A DNA stretch of 64,000 bases from a bacterium (GTDB lineage: Bacteria > Patescibacteriota > Microgenomatia > Daviesbacterales > UBA10151): positions 545,494 to 609,493 of the forward strand of contig JAJYNN010000002.1 of assembly GCA_021786315.1 (NCBI GenBank). The letters are read 5' to 3'. Positions 28,385 to 36,490 of the stretch are shown one piece after another. Every line of letters begins with the position of its first letter. Within the stretch, counting starts at the first letter, position 1. The notes beneath the pieces are model-generated. The model searched no databases, was not told the DNA's origin, and saw nothing but the letters and a program-made list of their open reading frames with translations. A program made the translations under genes and the position numbers.

Positions 28385-28499
28385 CCGAAGGCCGAGCTTA
28401 AAGATCAGAAGGCCCCGACGCGAAGCGGAGGGGCTTCTACCGACCGACCGATGCATACGTCGATTTGAAATAGGTTCGAATTTGTTGATACCGTACTAC
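28385..28499. repeat. inverted repeat B, right copy (115 bp; element right end)
   Basis: Exact reverse complement of 18589-18703. Confidence 0.97.
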
Positions 28500-28504
28500 A
28501 AAAG

Positions 28505-28540
28505 AAAAAGTCCTCCCTTCGGGGAGGCTTTTTGTTTTTT
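28505..28540 (+). terminator. intrinsic terminator (probable original tRNA-Glu terminator)
   Basis: aaaaagtcctccc-ttcg-gggaggctttttgttttt. Confidence 0.85.
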
Positions 28541-28556
28541 AACTGTGATTAGGCAA

Positions 28557-28657
28557 GAATCTGCGCATCTCGCAGAGCTAAGCAGGTTCGATCAGGCAAA
28601 GCCTGACAACATCTTCGAGCAAAGCGAGAAGTAGTGTTAATCCCCGCACGCGCTACT
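28557..28657 (+). repeat. structured unit ending in a copy of the tRNA-Glu 3' end
   Basis: cccgcacgcgctact (28643-28657) equals 16884-16898; preceded by hairpin modules shared with the Lys/Asp/Thr loci. Confidence 0.85.
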
Positions 28658-29219
28658 TGTTACGATTAAAATGGTGAGTTTTTAGACCCTTAACCTCACC
28701 GTTTCCTTTTTGAGTTTCAGAAGCAGCCCGCCGCAATTTTTCCGAAGAAGCAGGATTCTTCCGGGCTTCATCTTCAAACTTTCTTCCCTGAATATTGATC
28801 TCCTTTTTAACTTCCTCTTTCCGGGCAGAACTGCTTGCCATATTTTCACTATCCTTTACCGCTTCCTGATAATGCTCAATCGCATCATCCAATTTCTTTG
28901 GGTCATTACTTACTTTCAAAACATCATCGCCCCTTCTTTCTATAATTAAGGAGGGGTTATTGGTGGCTTTGGCCACTATATTATCAGCCAATACTTTAAT
29001 CGGATAGAACGTGTCCCCGGGTTCAGCTGCCTGAACTACCCCTCCAAACCCGCCTAGAATTATTAATGCCCCAATCAAACTCAAGACTATCTTTGAATAA
29101 GGAACAGGCGAATTATAAGCATTCTGATCACCCAATTTGGACTCCAACTTTTTCCACTCTTTATCAGGATTATTATCTGAAATATTAATATAGCTTTTTC
29201 TTAATTCCTCTAATTTCAT
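28653..29219 (-). CDS. putative anti-sigma factor (TM + DUF5667-like PGD.FYP.K motif)
   Basis: 4-bp overlap with the ECF sigma gene; single TM; AEPGDTFYPIKV. Confidence 0.7.
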   Translation of the reverse strand: MKLEELRKSYINISDNNPDKEWKKLESKLGDQNAYNSPVPYSKIVLSLIGALIILGGFGGVVQAAEPGDTFYPIKVLADNIVAKATNNPSLIIERRGDDVLKVSNDPKKLDDAIEHYQEAVKDSENMASSSARKEEVKKEINIQGRKFEDEARKNPASSEKLRRAASETQKGNGEVKGLKTHHFNRNK

Positions 29220-29749
29220 TCTGTCTCCTCTAAAACCTCTTTCATTTTTTTTAAAACCCTGTGGATTTTCACCCTTAAAGCGCCCTCCCGAATTCCCAAT
29301 ACTTTGGAGATTTCAGTAAATGACAATTCCTCAAAATACCGCAGAATGACAATTTGTTTTTCTTCTTCCTTAAGCAAAGAAAGCGCTTCCCATACTTTTT
29401 TGGATGTCTCTTCACGGACCAGGTTTTCATCCGGTTTTTCATTTGCTTCAATTTCCATTGCCCCCTCCAAAGAGGTTTCTTTCTTCTTGCGGGAGAAATC
29501 AATAATGGAATTCTTAGCAATTTTAAAAAGGTACGCCTGAAAAGAGCCACCGGCAAAATGGCTAAACGAAGGGAGATTTTTCCAGGCTTTAATAAAAGTT
29601 TCCTGGGAAATGTCCTGCGCCAGGTCATGGTCATGCAGGTTGAGGAAACAGTAACGGAAAATCCGCCGCGAAAACATCCGGTAAATTTTACTGAAGGCAT
29701 CCTTGTCTCCTTTTTGAGCTTGCGAAAGCCACTGTTCGAGGTCGTCCAT
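29216..29749 (-). CDS. ECF RNA polymerase sigma factor
   Basis: AQDISQETFIKAW, YLFKIAKN..ID, LRYFEELSFTEISKVLG. Confidence 0.93.
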   Translation of the reverse strand: MDDLEQWLSQAQKGDKDAFSKIYRMFSRRIFRYCFLNLHDHDLAQDISQETFIKAWKNLPSFSHFAGGSFQAYLFKIAKNSIIDFSRKKKETSLEGAMEIEANEKPDENLVREETSKKVWEALSLLKEEEKQIVILRYFEELSFTEISKVLGIREGALRVKIHRVLKKMKEVLEETE

Positions 29750-29790
29750 GAAGGTTCATACTATAATGTAGAACGTTCAGAAATTCAATT

Positions 29791-29818
29791 TGTAACATTT
29801 TTTAACGAACTGCGTTCT
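29791..29818 (+). promoter_or_regulatory. ECF-type promoter
   Basis: TGTAAC-N16-CGTT upstream of 29830, divergent from the ECF sigma gene. Confidence 0.6.
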
Positions 29819-29829
29819 ATTCTTTAGAG

Positions 29830-30312
29830 ATGAAAAAAGTTTTACTTTTAAGCGCCGGCATTTTAATTGTTACCGCAACACCGGCTTTAGCCAAAGAAAA
29901 CGGTAATAAAACTCCGGAAAACGGTAAATTAAATGAACAGGCAGAAATCAAAGATACCGGTAAAGAGTGTAACCCAGATGACCAATGGAAAAACCACGGC
30001 GAGTATGTTTCCTGTGTGGCTAGGTTACACCTAGGGAGCGCAACAACCTCCGCAGCCGCCAAGTCTGATATCGGCAAGAAAGAAGCTAAAGAAAAGGAGA
30101 CTGAAGATAATGGGAATGAAATTTCGCCCACTGCCGCCCCAAGTGGAACCTTAACTCCAACCCCAACATCTACCATTTCCGCTACCCCTACCCCAGTAAG
30201 TACCGAATCCGCCCAATTATTAACCGAAAAAGCCCAGGCTTTAACCAATGAATTGAACGGAGTAATAACATTCCTCAATAACGTCCTGGCATCCTTGAAA
30301 AGTTTACTTTAA
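29830..30312 (+). CDS. secreted protein with NHGEYVS motif and Pro/Thr linker
   Basis: Signal peptide (ALA|K), C..NHGEYVSC, TPTPT. Confidence 0.75.
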   Translation: MKKVLLLSAGILIVTATPALAKENGNKTPENGKLNEQAEIKDTGKECNPDDQWKNHGEYVSCVARLHLGSATTSAAAKSDIGKKEAKEKETEDNGNEISPTAAPSGTLTPTPTSTISATPTPVSTESAQLLTEKAQALTNELNGVITFLNNVLASLKSLL

Positions 30313-30668
30313 CCGGTAATATTTTTAATCAATTCAACTTTAGGATTATTTTTATCTTCAGCAAAATCCACCCCGACAAAATCTAGCCGATAAGGTTTAT
30401 CTTCCCAATTAATTTCCTGTAAATAAAATTTTGCTGTTTTTAAAAGATATTGGATTTTCCAGGGAGTCATGGATTCAACAGGCAGACCAAATTCATGGGA
30501 ATACCTTGTCTTAACCTCCACAAAAACCAAATATTCCTTATCCTGGGCCACAATATCAATTTCTCCCCCTCTAATCCGGTAGTTTTTCTTAAGAATTTTA
30601 TATCCATGGCTTTGGAGATATTTACAAGCGAGTTCTTCCCCCAAGTCACCAACATTTTTTGTAGTCAT
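30309..30668 (-). CDS. yraN: YraN family (UPF0102) nuclease-like protein
   Basis: GEELA..YL, GEIDIVA, FVEVKTR. Confidence 0.92.
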   Translation of the reverse strand: MTTKNVGDLGEELACKYLQSHGYKILKKNYRIRGGEIDIVAQDKEYLVFVEVKTRYSHEFGLPVESMTPWKIQYLLKTAKFYLQEINWEDKPYRLDFVGVDFAEDKNNPKVELIKNITG

Positions 30669-30775
30669 CGATTTAGGATTTAGGAATTAGGAATAAATTC
30701 TTAAATCTTACCTCTTAAATCTTAAGAACTTGCTCACAAGTTCGCAAGACCTTGCGACAGCAAGCTGTCTTAAAT

Positions 30776-31408
30776 CTATATTAAGAACTTTTCCAGATTA
30801 AAAGATTTCCTATGAATTCGGGATAAACCATGTTTTTTGATGGCATCCCGATGAGCCTTTGTCCCGTAACCCTTATGTTTATTAAAACCATATTGGGGAT
30901 ATTTTCCGTGCAATTCATCCATTAATTTATCCCGGTGAACCTTGGCAATAATAGAAGCTGCCGCTATCGAGATAGACAATTGATCTCCTTTAATAATCGG
31001 TTCCTGTTTCTTCCGATTAAGATGCTTAATGTAAAAAGCGTCTATTAGAATAAAGTCAGGATTCTTATCCAGGGATTTAACTGCTTTCCTGAAAGCCATC
31101 TGGGTAGCTTTACCAATTCCCAGCTTATTAATGTGACAGACAGGAATTTCGGCAATTGACCAGGCAAGGGCAGTTTTCTTAATCTCTTCTGCCAGTTTCT
31201 CCCGCTTTTTCGGAGTTAAAAGTTTAGAATCAGCAATTCCCTCCGGTATCTCACGCAAGGCGTCACCTTGCACAGGCTCAGCAAAGATTACAGCACCGAC
31301 CACCACCGGCCCGGCAAAACACCCCCGGCCAACCTCATCCAAGCCACAAACATACCGATAACCTAATTTCCAGTATTTTTCTTCAAATTCGAGTGTGGGA
31401 TAGATCAT
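30776..31408 (-). CDS. rnhB: ribonuclease HII
   Basis: GLDEVGRG..AGPV, DSK, KGD..SIAAASIIAKVHRD, HKGYGT. Confidence 0.96.
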   Translation of the reverse strand: MIYPTLEFEEKYWKLGYRYVCGLDEVGRGCFAGPVVVGAVIFAEPVQGDALREIPEGIADSKLLTPKKREKLAEEIKKTALAWSIAEIPVCHINKLGIGKATQMAFRKAVKSLDKNPDFILIDAFYIKHLNRKKQEPIIKGDQLSISIAAASIIAKVHRDKLMDELHGKYPQYGFNKHKGYGTKAHRDAIKKHGLSRIHRKSFNLEKFLI

Positions 31409-31547
31409 AAACCTTTGATAAAAACAATTTATAAATACCAAGTACCAATTTACAATGAATTTTCAAAAACTCAATGATCAAAAGTTTAGAACTTCGAACA
31501 TTGAAATTTATTTGAAAATTGTAAACTGAAAATTGAAAATTCTGAAG

Positions 31548-31862
31548 TTAAACCCTTGTAGCTTGTCTACCAGTTAAATTGCGGAGGTAATAAAGCTTGC
31601 TTCTTCGAACATTAGTAGCATTCTTCTTCACTTCAACTTTAACAATGGATTTTGCGTCCAAAGGCCACTTTCTTTCAACACCAATTCCGCCAGCACCAAT
31701 ATGGCGGACAGTCATCATCTGGTTTTCACCGCGTCCGGATAAAGCAATAATAATGCCCTCAAAAACCTGGACACGGGTTTTATTGCCTTCAACCACGGTT
31801 GAATGGACACGAACCGTGTCGCCAATGTGAATTTCTGTTGTGCTTATTTTTCCTGAAATCAT
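31548..31862 (-). CDS. rplS: 50S ribosomal protein L19
   Basis: GDTVRV..EG..RVQVFEG, VRRSKLYYLR. Confidence 0.95.
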   Translation of the reverse strand: MISGKISTTEIHIGDTVRVHSTVVEGNKTRVQVFEGIIIALSGRGENQMMTVRHIGAGGIGVERKWPLDAKSIVKVEVKKNATNVRRSKLYYLRNLTGRQATRV

Positions 31863-31889
31863 GGACTAAATTTTAACCTAAGATCAGCT

Positions 31890-34800
31890 TCAAGTCAATC
31901 TAACAACACCTTTTCCTAAAATTCCTTCAATGTTTTCAATCATCGCCGGATCAGCTTTCACCCCAAAAGGCAAATCCATCCTTTGTAAGTTTGGCCCTCC
32001 ATTGGGCAAAAGCAAAGCTACTTTAGACTTTCCTGGATACTCACGCAAAGTCCGGTTAATCTTTTGTAGAGTTTCCGCCCCCGCCCCTTTAGGCACCATA
32101 ATTTCCAATTCTTTCTCTTTAACTCTCTGGCTCCCTGATTCACCGGTTCTCTGGCTCTCTGATCTTCCGGTTTTCCGGTCTTCCGATACTTTGGTATCCA
32201 AATTAAAGGTATCCGGATCATAAGAAACTATCCTATCAATCACCAATGAAAGTTGTTCCTCCCTTTTATCCAGTTTGGCCCAGATTACTACTACATTATC
32301 CTTTTCCATACATTGTTTTGAGGTTTCAAAAGTTTTCGGAAAGACCACCGCTTCCATTTCAGAGGTTCCATCCGACACCTGCAGAAAAGCCATCTCAGCC
32401 TGAGTTTTCTTGGTCATCACCTTCTTCACATTGGTAATCACTCCTGCTACCACCACTTTCATTCCCGCCAGTTCCTCGCCTAAGTCCGAAATTTTCTGCT
32501 CGCAAATCCTATTGGCCTGGCGAAGCTTGGAAATATAAGGAGGTTCGTGCAGATAAAATCCTAAAAGGTCTTTTTCAAAACCCAACATCTGATCCAAAGC
32601 CAATTCTTCCACGTCCGGCAAAGGCACAACTATTTCATCAACATTTTCCTCTTCCCCAAATAAAGAAACCTGGTTGGAAGCCACCCTTTTGGCTTGCTGA
32701 TGCACTTTTTCAATGACAGTATCCAAAACCAGAAGCTGGGCTGCCCGGGAACCAAATTGGTCTAAAGCTCCAGCCTTAATCAAGCTTTCCAAAGTCTTTT
32801 TATTCACCAAGCGGTTATCCACCCGAGTGCAAAGATCAACCAAAGAGTTAAATGGTGTTTTCTTTCGGGCCTCAATAATCGATTCAATAGCTGAAATTCC
32901 AACGTTTTTAATTGCCGACATCCCAAAACGTATACCCTGAGCCTGAATTTCCCCTGTTGTTCCGCCAACCTGCCTCTCCAAATCACCTTCACTAAGCTTT
33001 TCCAAAGTAAACCCAACTCCTGATTTATTGACATCAGGTGGCAAAACCACAATACCCATTCTTTTACATTCATCCATGGCATTGGCAATCTTCTCTGCAT
33101 CCCCATACTCGGCCGACATCACCGCCGCCATATATTCAACCGGGAAGTTAGCTTTCATATAACCCGTTTGGTAAGAAACCATGGCATAGGAAGCGCTGTG
33201 GGATTTATTGAAGCCATAAGCCGCAAATTTTTCGATCAGATCAAACAGTTCTTCTGCTTTTTCATGGCTCATCCCTCCCGCCACAGAACCTTCAACGAAA
33301 TGCGCCCGCTGCTTGGCCATCTCCTCCGGAATTTTTTTGCCCATAGCTTTACGGAATTTATCCGCCTCCTCCCAGGTGTAACCGGCAATATTAATAGCCG
33401 TCATAATAACGTCTTCCTGATAAACCAAGAGTCCCAAAGATCTATCCATATAACTTTCCATCCTGGGATCAAGATAAGTAATTCTGGAGGGGTCACGTTT
33501 ACGGGCAATATATTCCGGAATAATTGAAAGTGGACCCGGGCGATATAGGGCAATCATCGCCATGATATCGAAGATATTGGTGGGACGCAGCTCCATCAAG
33601 TACCGAGTCATGCCTGAACCCTCAAGCTGAAACAAACCCATGGTTTCCCCCCGAGCCATCATGTCGTACGTCTTTTTGTCATCAAGCGGTAAATTGCCCA
33701 AATCAACATTAATATCCCGATTATCTTTCACGAATTTAACCGCTTGTCCTAAAATAGACAAATTACGAATTCCCAACATGTCCATCTTAACTAACCCCAC
33801 ACCATCTTCACCAACAGCGAACATATCGTATTGGGTTACAATCTTATCCCCATTTGACTCCCTTTGGAGCGGAGTAAAATCTGTCAGCGGTGTGGGAGCA
33901 ATAACCAACCCGGCGGCATGGACTGAGGCATGACGGACCGTTCCTTCAACCCGCTTAGCAAGCTCTATTAGTTTTTTAACCTGGGGGTCATCCCGATAGA
34001 GCTGGTTGAGCTCGGGAACCTCTTTTAAAGCATCATCTAAAGTCTGGTGAAATCCCTGCTTGGGCGGCGGCACCAGTTTAGCAATTCTGTCTACCTCCCC
34101 ATAGGTCATCCCCAAAACCCGGCCGATATCCCGGATGGCCGCCCGGCCCATCATAGTTCCAAAGGTCACAATATGGGCCACTTTATCCTGACCGTATTTG
34201 TCCATCACGTAGCGGATTACCTCATCCCTTCTGTCGTCAGCGAAATCACTATCAATATCAGGAAGAGACGGCCTCCAGGGGTTTAAAAACCTTTCAAAGG
34301 GAAGTAAGTAATCTACCGGATTAATATTCGTGACCCCCAATACATAAAGGGTAAGCGCCCCAGCAGCTGAACCTCTGGTATTAGTGATAATACCATGCTC
34401 GTGTGACCAGTTAATAAAATCGTGGACAATTAAAAAATACGTTCCGTACCCCTTTTGTTCAATAACAGAAAGTTCATAATCCAATCTTTCCCGAAGCCTT
34501 CCATCATCATTGGGGAACTTTTCTTTAAATTTTTCATCACACATCTCTTTCAAATAATCCATTGGTTTTTTACCACCTGGAACATCAAAAATAGGAAAGT
34601 ACGGCTTTCCAAGGGTTATCTCAAAATCAATTTTATCTGCCACTTTTAGGGTATTACTAATAGCGTCAGGGATTTCACTAAACATAGCGGACATTTCTTC
34701 TGTAGAGCGAATATAAAGGTTGGGGGTATCAATCATCCGCAGGCGGTTAATATCCCGAATATACTTTCCGGTTTGGACACAAAGGACTGCATCCTGAGCC

Positions 34801-35513
34801 TCAGCATCATCGGCCTTAACGTAATGGTAATCGTTGGTAGCAACAATTGGGATGCCAACTTTGGGGCTCAACTCCTGAACGGCTTTCCACCAAATCTTTT
34901 GGAACTTTTCCATCCTTTGGAGGTCTTGGATAACCTTGGGGTCAAGATTTTTGTTCTCAGCTAAAATTTTGGCATATTCGTGATCCTGTAACTCTAGGAA
35001 ATAATTTCCTTCCCCAAAAATAGATAAGTAATTTTTAACGATCTCCTCCCCTTTCTTAAAATCATCTTCCTTTAAACTCTCTGCAAATTCCCCTCCGGGA
35101 CATCCGGAAAGTGCAATAATTCCTTCATGAAACTCTTTTAAAAGCTCTTTATCCACCCGAGGTTTGTAGTAGTAACCATCAAGGTAAGCAATAGAAACCA
35201 GCTTCATCAGGTTTTTATAACCCTCAAAGTTTTTGGCCAGGAGTGTTAAATGGTAAGGTTCAGTATCAATTTTCCCTTCTTTGTCCTTGTGTGACCTTTT
35301 GGCCACATAAACCTCACACCCCACAATTGGTTTAATCTCATTATCCAAACAAGCCTTATAAAACTCGATTGCTCCATACATCGAGCCGTGGTCGGTCACG
35401 GCCACTGCCGGCATTTCCATCTCTTTGACAGCCTTAACCAGCTTTTTAATCTTAGATAAACCATCAAGAAGGGAATATTCTGTATGACCGTGGAGATGAA
35501 CGAAGTTAGCCAT
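31890..35513 (-). CDS. dnaE: DNA polymerase III alpha subunit
   Basis: FVHLHGHTEYSLLDG, TDHG, RGSAAG, PDIDSD, YGFNKSHS; start MANF. Confidence 0.98.
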   Translation of the reverse strand: MANFVHLHGHTEYSLLDGLSKIKKLVKAVKEMEMPAVAVTDHGSMYGAIEFYKACLDNEIKPIVGCEVYVAKRSHKDKEGKIDTEPYHLTLLAKNFEGYKNLMKLVSIAYLDGYYYKPRVDKELLKEFHEGIIALSGCPGGEFAESLKEDDFKKGEEIVKNYLSIFGEGNYFLELQDHEYAKILAENKNLDPKVIQDLQRMEKFQKIWWKAVQELSPKVGIPIVATNDYHYVKADDAEAQDAVLCVQTGKYIRDINRLRMIDTPNLYIRSTEEMSAMFSEIPDAISNTLKVADKIDFEITLGKPYFPIFDVPGGKKPMDYLKEMCDEKFKEKFPNDDGRLRERLDYELSVIEQKGYGTYFLIVHDFINWSHEHGIITNTRGSAAGALTLYVLGVTNINPVDYLLPFERFLNPWRPSLPDIDSDFADDRRDEVIRYVMDKYGQDKVAHIVTFGTMMGRAAIRDIGRVLGMTYGEVDRIAKLVPPPKQGFHQTLDDALKEVPELNQLYRDDPQVKKLIELAKRVEGTVRHASVHAAGLVIAPTPLTDFTPLQRESNGDKIVTQYDMFAVGEDGVGLVKMDMLGIRNLSILGQAVKFVKDNRDINVDLGNLPLDDKKTYDMMARGETMGLFQLEGSGMTRYLMELRPTNIFDIMAMIALYRPGPLSIIPEYIARKRDPSRITYLDPRMESYMDRSLGLLVYQEDVIMTAINIAGYTWEEADKFRKAMGKKIPEEMAKQRAHFVEGSVAGGMSHEKAEELFDLIEKFAAYGFNKSHSASYAMVSYQTGYMKANFPVEYMAAVMSAEYGDAEKIANAMDECKRMGIVVLPPDVNKSGVGFTLEKLSEGDLERQVGGTTGEIQAQGIRFGMSAIKNVGISAIESIIEARKKTPFNSLVDLCTRVDNRLVNKKTLESLIKAGALDQFGSRAAQLLVLDTVIEKVHQQAKRVASNQVSLFGEEENVDEIVVPLPDVEELALDQMLGFEKDLLGFYLHEPPYISKLRQANRICEQKISDLGEELAGMKVVVAGVITNVKKVMTKKTQAEMAFLQVSDGTSEMEAVVFPKTFETSKQCMEKDNVVVIWAKLDKREEQLSLVIDRIVSYDPDTFNLDTKVSEDRKTGRSESQRTGESGSQRVKEKELEIMVPKGAGAETLQKINRTLREYPGKSKVALLLPNGGPNLQRMDLPFGVKADPAMIENIEGILGKGVVRLT

Positions 35514-35593
35514 TTTTCTGTCCCATTTTAACAGCCTAATGGATCCCCATTTCAAGTGGGTAGATTACATTTAAAATTTCCAATTCTCAATTT

Positions 35594-36478
35594 TCAATTT
35601 CTAAGTAATTCAGAAACAGTGACAAATTGAAAACCTCTCTTTTTAAGGTCAGGAATTATCTTCTCCAAAGCATCATTAGTCTTGGGGGCATTCGGCCCTC
35701 CATGAATATGGAAAACAATGATCGAGCCGTTTTGTACTTGAGATTCGACCTTGTTAATAATCGACTGGGTATTGGGGTTAAAGCCGTCACCCGAGATAAC
35801 GTCCCAATGGACAACCTTTAACCCTAATTTAGCTACGGTTTCCAAATTTACCTTATCGTAACATCCTCCGGGGAAACGGAAATATTTAGGGGTAACCCCC
35901 GTAACCGCAACGATCTCCTTTTGGGCTTGTTCTACCTCATCTACGGCTGATTCTGAAAGAAAAGGCAGCTTAAAGCAGCTCTTAGTAAAAGCCGGGTGGG
36001 CATAGGAATGATTGCCAATCTCTATCAATTTATCCTGGGCCAATTCCTTAGCTTCCTGAGGATATGCCTTAACCCAAAGTCCGGTTAAAAAGATAGTGGC
36101 CGGTACATTTTCCCGATCCAAAGTATCTTTAATCGGCTTGTTGTACCAAGACTTCACTACCCCTTTTTGCAGCAGCGCCAACATCCCCGGAGTCATGTCC
36201 GCATCAAAAGTTAAAGCCACTACCTTTTTATTCCGAGGCCCGTGTTCAATAACCTCCGGCTTCAGAGCTTGCTGGGGAGAACTTTGGAACTTCCGGATAA
36301 TAAAATTTTTTGGTGACGGCTGCTCAGCTTGTTCAGGGGGATAAACAAATGACTGGTAATCTACGGCAATAAAAATTAAAACAGAAAATACTAATCCAAC
36401 CAAAACAATGGTGATATTTTTAAGATTTCTTTTAAAAAGATCGACCGGGTATCTTTTAACCTTTTTTCTTTGCCTCAC
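35594..36478 (-). CDS. polysaccharide deacetylase (NodB-like), membrane anchored
   Basis: VALTFDA, IGNHSYAH, FRFPGG, IIVFH. Confidence 0.9.
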   Translation of the reverse strand: MRQRKKVKRYPVDLFKRNLKNITIVLVGLVFSVLIFIAVDYQSFVYPPEQAEQPSPKNFIIRKFQSSPQQALKPEVIEHGPRNKKVVALTFDADMTPGMLALLQKGVVKSWYNKPIKDTLDRENVPATIFLTGLWVKAYPQEAKELAQDKLIEIGNHSYAHPAFTKSCFKLPFLSESAVDEVEQAQKEIVAVTGVTPKYFRFPGGCYDKVNLETVAKLGLKVVHWDVISGDGFNPNTQSIINKVESQVQNGSIIVFHIHGGPNAPKTNDALEKIIPDLKKRGFQFVTVSELLRN

Positions 36479-36490
36479 AGGAATTATTGT

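Larger units (their letters stand above)
16894..28499. mobile_element. ~11.6 kb serine-recombinase integrative element at tRNA-Glu (core CTAC at 16894-16897 and 28496-28499)
   Basis: Integrase at the left end; an internal copy joins right and left ends exactly at CTAC; removing the element places a terminator (28505-28540) directly after the tRNA; RM cargo. Confidence 0.88.

Noticed and set aside
28639-28657. tRNA-Glu 3' copy as attR of the 11.6-kb island
   Set aside because: The internal attP copy fixes the right end at CTAC 28496-28499. The 3' copy belongs to the same small unit seen at the Lys, Asp and Thr tRNAs, which have no island.
31890-35513. Intein in DnaE
   Set aside because: Length is normal and no intein motifs were seen; the only insert noticed is the 8-mer repeat linker.
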